DNA from: Vicinamibacterales bacterium
Lineage (GTDB): Bacteria > Acidobacteriota > Vicinamibacteria > Vicinamibacterales > UBA2999
Length of the DNA stretch: 64,000 nucleotides
Direction: 5' to 3'
NCBI GenBank assembly: GCA_050187355.1
Contig: JBFWXO010000005.1
Span: 146,502-210,501 of the forward strand
The notes under the pieces: generated by a model
The model's database searches: none
What the model saw: only the letters and a program-made list of their open reading frames with translations
Told to the model about the DNA's origin: nothing
Part shown: piece by piece, positions 54,122-62,831 of the stretch
Layout of the letters: each line of letters starts with the position of its first letter
Numbering within the stretch: the first letter of the stretch is position 1
Translations under genes and position numbers: made by a program

Positions 54122-54607
54122 CTACGCGCGCTCGAACGTGGCGGTCTCGCGGTTCTTGCGCACCTGGTCCCAGGCGAAGAACTGGCCGTTCATGGCCACG
54201 TAGACGCCGGGCGGGAGCACCTGGGCGAAGCTGAGGGCGCTGCCCAGGTTGAAGAGCCCGTCGGAGCTCCCGAAGGCATACGGGATCATGGCGCCGGTGA
54301 AGACCACCGTCTTGTCCGTCAGCGCCGCGGCCGCCACCGCCGCCGCCGTCTCCACCATCGTGTCGGTCCCGTGGGTGACCACGAGCCGCTGTTCCGGACT
54401 GCGGCGGCAGTGCTCCACGACCAGCGCCCGATCGGCGTCGGTCATGTCGAGGCTGTCGATCATCAGCAGGCGCTCGACCGCCACCGGCACCCTGGACCGG
54501 CCTTTCGCGAGCATCTCGGGCACGTGGGTGTCCTTGAAGAACAGGCGCCCGCGCACTTCGTCGTACTCCTTGTCGAACGTGCCGCCGGTGATGAGGATGC
54601 GGATCAT
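54122..54607 (-). CDS. Asparaginase-domain protein (short form, N-terminal domain only)
   Basis: MIRILITGGTFD (nucleophile Thr region) and VVTHGTDTM. 161 aa. The start was moved to the ATG at 54605-54607. Confidence 0.65.
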   Translation of the reverse strand: MIRILITGGTFDKEYDEVRGRLFFKDTHVPEMLAKGRSRVPVAVERLLMIDSLDMTDADRALVVEHCRRSPEQRLVVTHGTDTMVETAAAVAAAALTDKTVVFTGAMIPYAFGSSDGLFNLGSALSFAQVLPPGVYVAMNGQFFAWDQVRKNRETATFERA

Positions 54608-54668
54608 GCAGAGCGGCCAGCGCCTGGGACTGGCGGCCGGGAACGCCTCCGGAGATAATCGGCGCGCC

Positions 54669-54980
54669 ATGTACGCCATCGCCATTGTCCGCTATCGCCG
54701 GCCCATCCAGGAAGTGGAGGCCGTCACTCCCGAGCATCGCGTGTATCTGCGCCAGCTGAAGGCCGAGGGCCGCCTGGTGGCGTCCGGGCCGATGGACCCG
54801 CGCTACGGCGGTGTCTTCCTGTTGAAGGTGTCGGACGACAACCCGCAGCGCGACCTCGACGCCATCCGCGACGGGGACCCGTTCTTCCAGCAGCACATCG
54901 CGCAGTACGAGCTCATCGCGTGGAACGTGGTCGTCGGCAAGGAGGACCTGGACCGGATCGCCGCGCCGCCGCCGGCCTGA
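54669..54980 (+). CDS. YciI-family protein
   Basis: 103 aa. ...HR.YL..L...G.L..SGP.......G.F...V.......I..DPF.......YEL..W pattern. Confidence 0.65.
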   Translation: MYAIAIVRYRRPIQEVEAVTPEHRVYLRQLKAEGRLVASGPMDPRYGGVFLLKVSDDNPQRDLDAIRDGDPFFQQHIAQYELIAWNVVVGKEDLDRIAAPPPA

Positions 54981-55025
54981 CCGCGGGGAGCGCGCGGCAC
55001 CGGCCGCGCGCCGCCGGCGCCGGGC

Positions 55026-57554
55026 TCAGACGGCCGCGACCGCCGGCCGCCGGCGGGTGCCGCTCGCGCGGCGCGTGGGCACCTGGATCGAGGGCGGGCC
55101 GCTGGTCGCCGGCGCCGCCGGCTTGGCGAAGTAGTACCCCTGGCCCGACTGACAGCCGAGTTCACGCAGGTAGTCCACGTGCTCGGCGGTCTCGGTGCCC
55201 TCGGCGATGATCTCGAGGCCGAGCGTGCGCGCGAGCCCGACCACGAGCTTCACGATCTCCCGCTTGTCCTCGTCGGTCCCGATGCCCGTCACGAACGACC
55301 TGTCGATCTTCAGGACGTCGAGCGGCAGCGCCTGCAGGTAGCTGAGCGAGCTGTACCCCGTGCCGAAGTCGTCCAGGCTGATGCGGACGCCGAGGCGGCG
55401 CAGGTGGGCCAGGACCGTGCGTGCGCGCTCCGGGTCCTTGATGGCCGCGCCCTCCGTGATCTCCAGGCGCAGGCACGCGGGCGGACAGCCCGTCTCCTTC
55501 AGCACGTTCGTGACGCGCTGGACCAGTGCCTCCTGGGCGAACGCCTTCGCGGACAGGTTCACCGAGACCGTGAAGGCCGGCGCCACGACGCCGGCCCGGC
55601 GCCAGGCCGCGGCCTGGCGGCACGACTCGGCCAGCACCCACTCGTCGATCTGGGTGATGAGCCCGACCTCCTCCGCCACGTCGAAGAACTCGCCGGGCAT
55701 GACCAGGCCGCGCCCGGGGTGCTGCCAGCGCACGAGCGCCTCCACGCCGACCACGGCGAACGTGTCGAGGGACACGATGGGCTGGTACCAGACGACGAAC
55801 TCGCGGCGATCCACGGCCCGCCTGAGGTCGGTCTCGAGCCGGAGGCGGCGCACGGCCTCTTCGTGCAGGGCCGCGTCGAAGACCGAGTAGCCGCCGCCGC
55901 TGTGCTTGGCGCGATACATCGCCAGGTCGGCGTCGCGGATGATGTCCTCGCCGGAGCGGTGCGCGTCGGTGGCAACGGCCACGCCGATGCTGGCCGTGGT
56001 GAACACGTCCTGTCCGTCGAGCGAGAGCGGCTGGCTGGCCGCTTGCTGGACGCGTTCCGCCACGCGCACCGCGTCGATGGGCTCGCGGATGGCGTCGAGG
56101 AGCACCGCGAACTCGTCGCCGCCGAAGCGCGCCAGGGTGGGCTCGGGCACCGTGGCCGCGCCGGGCATCCGCGACACGACGTCCTCGGCGCGCACGGCCG
56201 AGGCGAGCCGCTCGGCGAACATCATCAGCAGTCGGTCGCCCGCCGTGTGGCCCAGGCTGTCGTTCACGTGCTTGAAGCGGTCGAGGTCCACGAAGAGCAC
56301 GGCGAACTGGTAGTCCTTCCGGCGCGCCCGGCGGGCCAGCGCCCGATCCAGCCGGTCCTTGAAGTGGGCGCGGTTGGGCAGCTGCGTCAGATGGTCGTGG
56401 ATGGCGTCGTGCACGAGGCGGTCGTGGGCGCTTCGCAGGCTGACGCTCATCGCGTTGAAGGCCCGCGCCACCGTGATCGCCTCCGCCGTCCCGCGCTCCG
56501 GCAGCTGGCGGGCGAGGTGGCCTCCCGCAATCTCGGTCGCCGCCGAGGCGATGTCGCGCATCGGACGGGTGAGATGGCGGCTGAGCAGCACGCCGCCCGC
56601 GAGCGCCAGGGCGAGCGCCACGAGGCCCGCCACCGCGAAGCGCACCGACAGGCCGTCGAGGAAGCGCTGGGTGGACGCCCAGTCCGACAGCACGAGCAGC
56701 TGGACGTCGTCGCCGCCCGGCAGGGCACGCTCCAGCGAGTACACGCCCGCGACGAACTTCCGGCCGCCCAGCGTCAGGGCGTCGTCGCGGACGCCGTCCG
56801 TCGTCATCGTCGCCCGCGCCAGTTCGTCGGCATCGATCGCGGTGCCGCTGTCGAAGCTCGCGGCCACGGGCCGGCCGTGGACGACCAGCGCGAGGTCCAC
56901 GCGCGCCAGCCGCGCCATTTCGCGGACCACGTCGTCGGTGATGCGCGAGCCGACGACGAGCGTCCCGGCCACCCGGCCGTCCAGCCGCACGGGCACCGCC
57001 GACGCCAGGTACAGGTCGCGGCCCCGCGGGACGAGCGCGCCGGTGGACGCCCCGGACAGGGCCCGGTGCTGGGCGTCGCGCATCACCGGCGCCGCGCTGC
57101 CCGTCGGGTCGGTCCAGCCCGACGTGCCCAGCCACGTCCCCGCCGGGTCGGCAATCACGACGAAGTCCGCGTGGGTCGGCGACCGCTGGGCGGCCGCCGC
57201 GGCCGCGCCCGCCTGGCGGGTCGGCCACGCCAGCAGGCCGCGCATGGAGGGACTGGCGGCGGCCAGCTCCGCCAGGTCCGTCAGCGCGTCCGTGCGCAGG
57301 TCCACCACCCCCTGCAGGACGGCGCGGGCCATGTGCAATTCCGACGCGACGCGGTCCGCGGACTGCGCGTTCACCACCCTGAGGGTGGCGAGGATGACGG
57401 CGCCGAGAGCGGCCGCGACCAGGAGCGCCACCGCCGCGGCGACGCGCGCCTCGAGGCGGCGGTGCCACGGGAGCGCATCGAACGCAACCGTGGGGGCGGC
57501 GGCCGGAGTGGCAGGCATGGACGGGGGAACCGGGGGGCACGCCCGCGCGTCCAT
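55026..57554 (-). CDS. Membrane sensor diguanylate cyclase/phosphodiesterase (periplasmic sensor, HAMP, GGDEF, EAL)
   Basis: Two TM segments flank an approximately 270-aa extracytoplasmic region. HAMP-like linker. RFGGDEFAVLL (GGDEF). EALVRWQHP..., DDFGTGYSSL and EGTE (EAL). Confidence 0.85.
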   Translation of the reverse strand: MDARACPPVPPSMPATPAAAPTVAFDALPWHRRLEARVAAAVALLVAAALGAVILATLRVVNAQSADRVASELHMARAVLQGVVDLRTDALTDLAELAAASPSMRGLLAWPTRQAGAAAAAAQRSPTHADFVVIADPAGTWLGTSGWTDPTGSAAPVMRDAQHRALSGASTGALVPRGRDLYLASAVPVRLDGRVAGTLVVGSRITDDVVREMARLARVDLALVVHGRPVAASFDSGTAIDADELARATMTTDGVRDDALTLGGRKFVAGVYSLERALPGGDDVQLLVLSDWASTQRFLDGLSVRFAVAGLVALALALAGGVLLSRHLTRPMRDIASAATEIAGGHLARQLPERGTAEAITVARAFNAMSVSLRSAHDRLVHDAIHDHLTQLPNRAHFKDRLDRALARRARRKDYQFAVLFVDLDRFKHVNDSLGHTAGDRLLMMFAERLASAVRAEDVVSRMPGAATVPEPTLARFGGDEFAVLLDAIREPIDAVRVAERVQQAASQPLSLDGQDVFTTASIGVAVATDAHRSGEDIIRDADLAMYRAKHSGGGYSVFDAALHEEAVRRLRLETDLRRAVDRREFVVWYQPIVSLDTFAVVGVEALVRWQHPGRGLVMPGEFFDVAEEVGLITQIDEWVLAESCRQAAAWRRAGVVAPAFTVSVNLSAKAFAQEALVQRVTNVLKETGCPPACLRLEITEGAAIKDPERARTVLAHLRRLGVRISLDDFGTGYSSLSYLQALPLDVLKIDRSFVTGIGTDEDKREIVKLVVGLARTLGLEIIAEGTETAEHVDYLRELGCQSGQGYYFAKPAAPATSGPPSIQVPTRRASGTRRRPAVAAV

Positions 57555-57633
57555 ACGCCGCGGCGGACGAGCCCTTGGTTCTTGTATCGGGTGGCGGCGA
57601 GGTCCGATTAGGCGGCGCCTGCACAGGGACTGC

Positions 57634-57639
57634 TAGGAT
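57634..57639 (+). promoter_or_regulatory. -10-like hexamer TAGGAT, 8 nt upstream of the ATG at 57648. This suggests a possible leaderless or very short-leader mRNA.
   Basis: The sequence reads tgcTAGGATttcgcactATG with no SD. Confidence 0.3.
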
Positions 57640-57647
57640 TTCGCACT

Positions 57648-59603
57648 ATGCGACGACCGCGCCCGCTCGTCCTCCTCCTCGCCCTCGTCACCCTCCTCGC
57701 CGCCGGGCCCGCCGCCCGGCGCGGCCTCCTGGCCCAGCGCGGCCCCCGCGCCGGCGACTGGCCGTATCACGGGGGCGACGCGGGCAGCACCAAGTACTCG
57801 CCGCTCGATCGCATCACGGCGGCCAACGTCGCGACGCTTCGCGTGGCGTGGCGGCGTCCCGGCGTCGATCCCGCGCTCCTCCGCGCGCATCCGGACCTGG
57901 TGGTGCCCCGCAACTTCCGCGCGACGCCGCTCATGGCGGGAGGGCTCCTGTTCGCCACCAACGCGCTGGGCCTGGCCGAAGCCTTCGACCCGGCCACGGG
58001 CGCGACGGTGTGGGCGCAGGCCGCGGAGGCCGGCGACCTGGGGGGCGCGGGCGCGAGCCGCGCCGTCGCCTACTGGGCGGGGCCGGACGGCGGGCGCGTG
58101 TTCGCGGTCCGCGGACGCTACCTCTACGCCCTGGACGCACGCACGGGCCGCACCGCGGAGGGCTTCGGCGCCGCCGGCCGCGTGGACCTCATCTCGGGCC
58201 TGGGGGCGAAGACGACGTCGTTCCGCTGGAGCGCGCCCGGCCCCCTCGTGGTGAAGGACGTGGTGGTGGTGGGCGGCCAGGGCTGGACCGATTCGGGCAC
58301 GCAGGCCGACATCCCGCCCGGCGACGTGCGCGCGTACGACGTCCGCACGGGCGCCCTGCGCTGGACGTTCCACGTCATTCCCCGTCCGGGCGATCCCGGC
58401 ATCGAGTCCTGGGAGCAGCGCTCGTGGCGCGAGACCGGCAGCGCGAAGGCCTGGAACCTGATGAGCGCCGACGAGGACCTGGGCCTGCTCTACGTGCCGC
58501 TCAGCAGCGCCGCCAACGAGTGGTACGGCGGCCAGCGGCCGGGCGCGAACCTGTTCTCGGACAGCCTGGTGTGCCTCGACGCCCGCACGGGCGCGCTCAA
58601 GTGGCACTACCAGACGGTGCACCACGATCTCTGGGACTACGACAACCCGACGGCGCCGGTCCTGGCCGACATCACCGTGGACGGCCGCCGGATCAAGGCC
58701 GTGGTCCAGGTGACGAAGCAGGCCGTCGCGTTCGTCTTCGACCGCGTCACCGGCAGGCCCGTCTGGCCAATCGAGGAGCGGCCGGTGCCGACGTCCACCG
58801 TGCCCGGCGAGTGGACCTCGCCCACGCAGCCCTTCCCCACGCGGCCGGCGCCTTTCGACAGGCAGGGCCTCACCGACGACGACCTCATCGACTTCACGCC
58901 GGAGCTGAAGGCCGAGGCCCGCGAGATCGTGAGGCAGTGGACCATCGGGCCCATGTTCACGCCGCCCACGCTGGAAGGCACGGCGCCGGGCGAGAAGAAG
59001 GGCACGATGTACCTGCCGGGCTGGGTCGGCGGCGCCAACTGGGGCGGCGCGGCGCTGGATCCCGACACGGGCGTGCTCTACGTGCCGTCGGTCACGTTCC
59101 CCTGGCTCGGCGCGCTCGTGAAGGGCTCGGGCCGCTTCACCTACCAGCAGACGCGCAAGCGGCTCGACCGCGAGCCCGGCCCCGGACCGCGGGGCCTGCC
59201 GATCACGAAGCCGCCGTACGGCCGCGTGACGGCCATCGACCTCAACACGGGCGATCACGTCTGGATGGCCGCCAACGGCGACGGTCCCCGCGACCACCCG
59301 GCGCTCAAGGACCTGAACCTGCCGCCGCTCGGGCAGCCCGGACGCGCGGCGCCGCTCCTGACCCGAACGCTGCTCTTCGTGACCGAGGGCAGCCCCGCCG
59401 GCCTCAGCATCCCGCCTGGTGGGGGCGGCCCGCGCCTGCGGGCCTTCGACAAGGCCACCGGACGGGTGGTGGCCGAGATTCCGCTCCCGGCGGGCGCCAC
59501 CGGCGCGCCGATGACCTACCTGCACGAGGGCCGGCAGTACATCGTCGTGGCGGTGGCCGACGAGGATCACGCCCCGGAGATCGTGGCCCTCGCCCTTCCC
59601 TGA
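57648..59603 (+). CDS. PQQ-dependent dehydrogenase (glucose/quinate-type quinoprotein beta-propeller), secreted
   Basis: Signal peptide. DWPYHGGDAGSTKYSPLDRI at the N-terminus. Repeated W-motifs. 651 aa. Confidence 0.75.
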   Translation: MRRPRPLVLLLALVTLLAAGPAARRGLLAQRGPRAGDWPYHGGDAGSTKYSPLDRITAANVATLRVAWRRPGVDPALLRAHPDLVVPRNFRATPLMAGGLLFATNALGLAEAFDPATGATVWAQAAEAGDLGGAGASRAVAYWAGPDGGRVFAVRGRYLYALDARTGRTAEGFGAAGRVDLISGLGAKTTSFRWSAPGPLVVKDVVVVGGQGWTDSGTQADIPPGDVRAYDVRTGALRWTFHVIPRPGDPGIESWEQRSWRETGSAKAWNLMSADEDLGLLYVPLSSAANEWYGGQRPGANLFSDSLVCLDARTGALKWHYQTVHHDLWDYDNPTAPVLADITVDGRRIKAVVQVTKQAVAFVFDRVTGRPVWPIEERPVPTSTVPGEWTSPTQPFPTRPAPFDRQGLTDDDLIDFTPELKAEAREIVRQWTIGPMFTPPTLEGTAPGEKKGTMYLPGWVGGANWGGAALDPDTGVLYVPSVTFPWLGALVKGSGRFTYQQTRKRLDREPGPGPRGLPITKPPYGRVTAIDLNTGDHVWMAANGDGPRDHPALKDLNLPPLGQPGRAAPLLTRTLLFVTEGSPAGLSIPPGGGGPRLRAFDKATGRVVAEIPLPAGATGAPMTYLHEGRQYIVVAVADEDHAPEIVALALP

Positions 59604-59616
59604 CGCGGCGGTCCGC

Positions 59617-60636
59617 TCAGTGGAAGAGCGCCTTCGCGATCGACGCGTGGACGCCCTTGGTGGCGTCCACAGTCTGCGTCACGTGCAGGTCGGCCGCGAG
59701 CGACGCGAGCATGTACGCGTCGTCCCGCGACAGGCCCTTCTCGGCCACCAGGAATTCGACCAGCTCGCGCACGGCCAGCCGGGCCGCCTCGTCGAGATCC
59801 TCGGACAGGCCCATGCTGATGTAGTGGGTGGGCGTCTCGGCCCGCGGCCACTTCAGCCGCCGCCCCTTGTGGAGCCGCACTTCGATCCGCGCGGTCAGGG
59901 ACGTCTCGAGCGCCGTGCCCGACACCTCGCCGTGTCCCTGCAGCGCGTGGCCATCGCCGATCGACAGGAGCGCCCCGCGCACGTGCACGGGCAGGAAGAG
60001 CGTGGATCCCGCCACGAGATCCTTGTTGTCGAGATTGCCGCCGTGGAAGGCGGGCGCGCGGCTGGACAGGCGGCCCGTGAGCGGGGGCGGCGCGACGCCG
60101 ATCGAGCCGAAGAAGGGCGCGAGCGGCACCGAGATGCCCGGCGCGAACTCCACCGAGGTGGCCCCCGGGGCCCAGCGCAGCAGCTTCAGCCCGGCGTACG
60201 GGAAGTCGTCGGGAATCGTGCCGCCGCCCGGGGCGAAGGCATTGATGCCGAACGTGTGGAGGTAGCCGATCGAGAGGAACCGGACCTCGAGCGCGTCGCC
60301 GGGCTCGGCGCCCTCGACGTAGATCGGCCCCGTCATGGGGTGCGCGCCAGGCCCGCGGTCCGTGATGGCGCTCTCCACGGCCCGGAGCGAGGCCGGGATC
60401 TCGCTGTCGGCCACGCCGAGCATCCGGAGGCGCGTCAGCCCGCCGGCAATCATCGTCTCGACGTCCACACGGTCGCCGGGCGCCACGCGCAGCACGGGCG
60501 CCAGCCGCGCGTCGTAATAGCCCCAGTGGATGGTCGACGGCGACACCTTCAGCGCGTGAACGCGCGGCGCCTGCGCGACCAGCGGCACGTGGGCGACGAG
60601 CAGCAGCGGGATCCAGACGAGCGCACGTCGTGCCAT
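59617..60636 (-). CDS. Acetamidase/formamidase-family protein, secreted
   Basis: Signal peptide. TIHWGYYD, HPMTGPIYVEGAEPGD.LEV, and GGNLDNKDL...G..LFLPV.V.GALLS.GDGHA.QG.GEV.G.A.E. A GAGGAGG SD precedes the ATG at 60634-60636. Confidence 0.75.
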   Translation of the reverse strand: MARRALVWIPLLLVAHVPLVAQAPRVHALKVSPSTIHWGYYDARLAPVLRVAPGDRVDVETMIAGGLTRLRMLGVADSEIPASLRAVESAITDRGPGAHPMTGPIYVEGAEPGDALEVRFLSIGYLHTFGINAFAPGGGTIPDDFPYAGLKLLRWAPGATSVEFAPGISVPLAPFFGSIGVAPPPLTGRLSSRAPAFHGGNLDNKDLVAGSTLFLPVHVRGALLSIGDGHALQGHGEVSGTALETSLTARIEVRLHKGRRLKWPRAETPTHYISMGLSEDLDEAARLAVRELVEFLVAEKGLSRDDAYMLASLAADLHVTQTVDATKGVHASIAKALFH

Positions 60637-60782
60637 GGGCCTCCTCGGGAGCGAGGGGCCGATTGTCGCACGCACCCGCCGCCCGGCACGCGGGCGCGCC
60701 CGACTTTCACCCGGGTAACTCCGGCGCGCCCCGGGACGCGTCATACTGCGGAGTTGGCCGCCCGTCGGCGGCCGCCAGCATC

Positions 60783-62651
60783 ATGACCGGCATCGACGAG
60801 CGGCGACTGGGGCCCCTGGCGCTCGGCGCCCTGGGGGTCGTCTACGGCGACATCGGCACGAGTCCGCTGTACGCCATCCGCGAGTGCTTCTACGGGCCGC
60901 ATGCCGTCGAACCGACGGCGGACAACGTGCTCGGCGTGCTGTCGCTCATCGTGTACGCCCTGGTGGTGGTCATCTCCATCAAGTACGTCGCGGTGGTGAT
61001 GCGCGCCGACAACCGCGGCGAAGGCGGCATTCTCGCGCTGACGGCGCTCCTGCCCGGTCCCGACACGGGGCGCCGCACGTCCGCGCTGGTGCTCCTGGGC
61101 CTGTTCGGGGCGGCCCTGCTCTACGGCGACGGCATGATCACGCCGGCCATCACCGTGCTGAGCGCGGTCGAGGGCCTCAACGTCGCGACACCGCTCTTCG
61201 AGCCGTACGTCGTGCCGATCGCCGTCGCGATCCTCGTCGGCGTCTTCTCCATCCAGAAGCACGGGACCGAGCGGGTGGGCCGGCTGTTCGGGCCGATCAT
61301 GCTGGTGTGGTTCGGGACGCTCGCCGCGCTGGGGATCGCCTGGCTCGCGACCGCGCCGTTCGTCCTGGGGGCACTCGACCCGAGGCACGCCGTGCGGTTC
61401 CTGATCGAGCACGGCTGGCACGGCGTGGTGGTGATGGGCGCCGTGTTCCTCGTCGTCACGGGCGGCGAGGCCCTCTACGCCGACATGGGCCACTTCGGCC
61501 GCCGGCCGATCAGCGTCGCCTGGTTCGGGCTGGTGCTGCCGGCACTCCTCCTCAACTACTTCGGGCAGGGCGCGCTGCTGCTGGCCCATCCCGACGCCGC
61601 GGCCAACCCGTTCTTCGCCCTGACGCCGTCATGGCTGCTCATGCCGATGGTGGGCCTGGCCACGCTGGCCGCCATCATCGCGTCGCAGGCCCTCATCTCG
61701 GGGGCGTTCTCCCTGACGCAGCAGGCCGTGCAGCTGGGCTACTCGCCCCGGCTCACCATCGATCACACGTCGTCGGCGGAGGCGGGCCAGATCTACTCGC
61801 CGGAGGTGAACCGCGCCCTCATGATCTGCACGCTGGCCGTCGTCGTGGGCTTCGAGTCGTCGGCGGCGCTGGCCGCCGCCTACGGCATCGCCGTCACGCT
61901 GACCATGATCATCACGGCGCTCCTGCTGCACGCGGTCGCCGTGCACCGGTGGCACTGGCCCGTGGCGGCCGCCGCCGCCATGACCGGCGGCTTCCTGGCG
62001 ATCGACCTCACGTTCCTGGCCGCCAACAGCGTGAAGATCGCGCAGGGCGGCTGGCTGCCGCTGGTGGTGGGCGCCGTCCTCTTCACGCTCATGACCACCT
62101 GGAAGGCCGGGCGCCGCGTGGTGGCGTCGCGGCTGCTGGAGCGGGCCGAGCCGATCGAGGCCTTCCTGGCCCGCATCCAGGCGTCGCCCCCCGTGCGCGT
62201 CCCCGGCACGGCGGTGTTCATGACCGCGCAGCCGAAGGGCACGCCGCCGGCCCTGGCGCACAACCTGCGCCACAACAAGGTGCTCCACGAGCACGTGATC
62301 ACGCTGCTCGTCACGACGATGCCCTGGCCGTACGTCGACGACGTGGAGCGGTGCAGCATCCGCCCCCTCGGGGCGGGCCTCTACGCGGTGACCCTCTACT
62401 ACGGCTTCATGCAGGCGGCGAACGTGCCGGCCGCGCTCGGGCGGGCGGCGCTCGACGGGCTCCCGTTCGACGCCGACGACGTCACGTACTTCCTGGGCCG
62501 GGAGACGTTGATCCGCACGGCCGCGCCGGGCATGGCGGCCTGGCGCGAGGAGCTCTTCATCTTCATGGCCAAGAACGCGCGGCGCGCCACGGGCTACTTC
62601 CGCCTGCCGGCCGAGCAGGTCGTGGAGCTGGGTGTGCAGGTGGAGATCTGA
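60783..62651 (+). CDS. kup: KUP/HAK/KT-family potassium transporter
   Basis: GALGVVYGDIGTSPLYA, ADNRGEGGILAL, TGGEALYADMGHFG. 12-TM core plus a cytosolic C-terminal domain. The start was moved to the ATG at 60783. Confidence 0.9.
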   Translation: MTGIDERRLGPLALGALGVVYGDIGTSPLYAIRECFYGPHAVEPTADNVLGVLSLIVYALVVVISIKYVAVVMRADNRGEGGILALTALLPGPDTGRRTSALVLLGLFGAALLYGDGMITPAITVLSAVEGLNVATPLFEPYVVPIAVAILVGVFSIQKHGTERVGRLFGPIMLVWFGTLAALGIAWLATAPFVLGALDPRHAVRFLIEHGWHGVVVMGAVFLVVTGGEALYADMGHFGRRPISVAWFGLVLPALLLNYFGQGALLLAHPDAAANPFFALTPSWLLMPMVGLATLAAIIASQALISGAFSLTQQAVQLGYSPRLTIDHTSSAEAGQIYSPEVNRALMICTLAVVVGFESSAALAAAYGIAVTLTMIITALLLHAVAVHRWHWPVAAAAAMTGGFLAIDLTFLAANSVKIAQGGWLPLVVGAVLFTLMTTWKAGRRVVASRLLERAEPIEAFLARIQASPPVRVPGTAVFMTAQPKGTPPALAHNLRHNKVLHEHVITLLVTTMPWPYVDDVERCSIRPLGAGLYAVTLYYGFMQAANVPAALGRAALDGLPFDADDVTYFLGRETLIRTAAPGMAAWREELFIFMAKNARRATGYFRLPAEQVVELGVQVEI

Positions 62652-62655
62652 CTAG

Positions 62656-62681
62656 GGACTGGGGACCATGGACTGGGGACC
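62656..62681. repeat. Two 12-nt direct repeats (ggactggggacc) 14 nt apart. The second overlaps a 10-bp palindrome, ggaccggtcc (62677-62686).
   Basis: Read directly from the sequence. The copies are at 62656-62667 and 62670-62681, in the convergent gap after the kup stop. Confidence 0.6.
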
Positions 62682-62706
62682 GGTCCTGTCACACTGTCGC
62701 GCTGTC

Positions 62707-62826
62707 TCACTGCTTGCGGCGGCGCTTGGTGGTCTTGCGCTGACGCAGGGCTTCGCCGAGGAGCCAGGAGACGAAGAGCACGGCCGTCACCAGGAGCAGC
62801 ACGACCAGCAGGGGCCGGGTGGCCAT
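62707..62826 (-). CDS. 39-aa single-TM peptide with a basic tail, immediately downstream of the SSS transporter gene
   Basis: MATRPLLVVLLLVTAVLFVSWLLGEALRQRKTTKRRRKQ. GC3 is high. The ATG lies 5 nt after the SSS stop codon. Confidence 0.45.
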   Translation of the reverse strand: MATRPLLVVLLLVTAVLFVSWLLGEALRQRKTTKRRRKQ

Positions 62827-62831
62827 GCGGG

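Noticed and set aside
60637-60782. A possible riboswitch (for example a c-di-AMP/ydaO-type) in the leader of kup.
   Set aside because: The divergent gap is only 146 bp and must hold two promoters. I could not recognise any conserved riboswitch core, and there is no terminator or anti-terminator pair.
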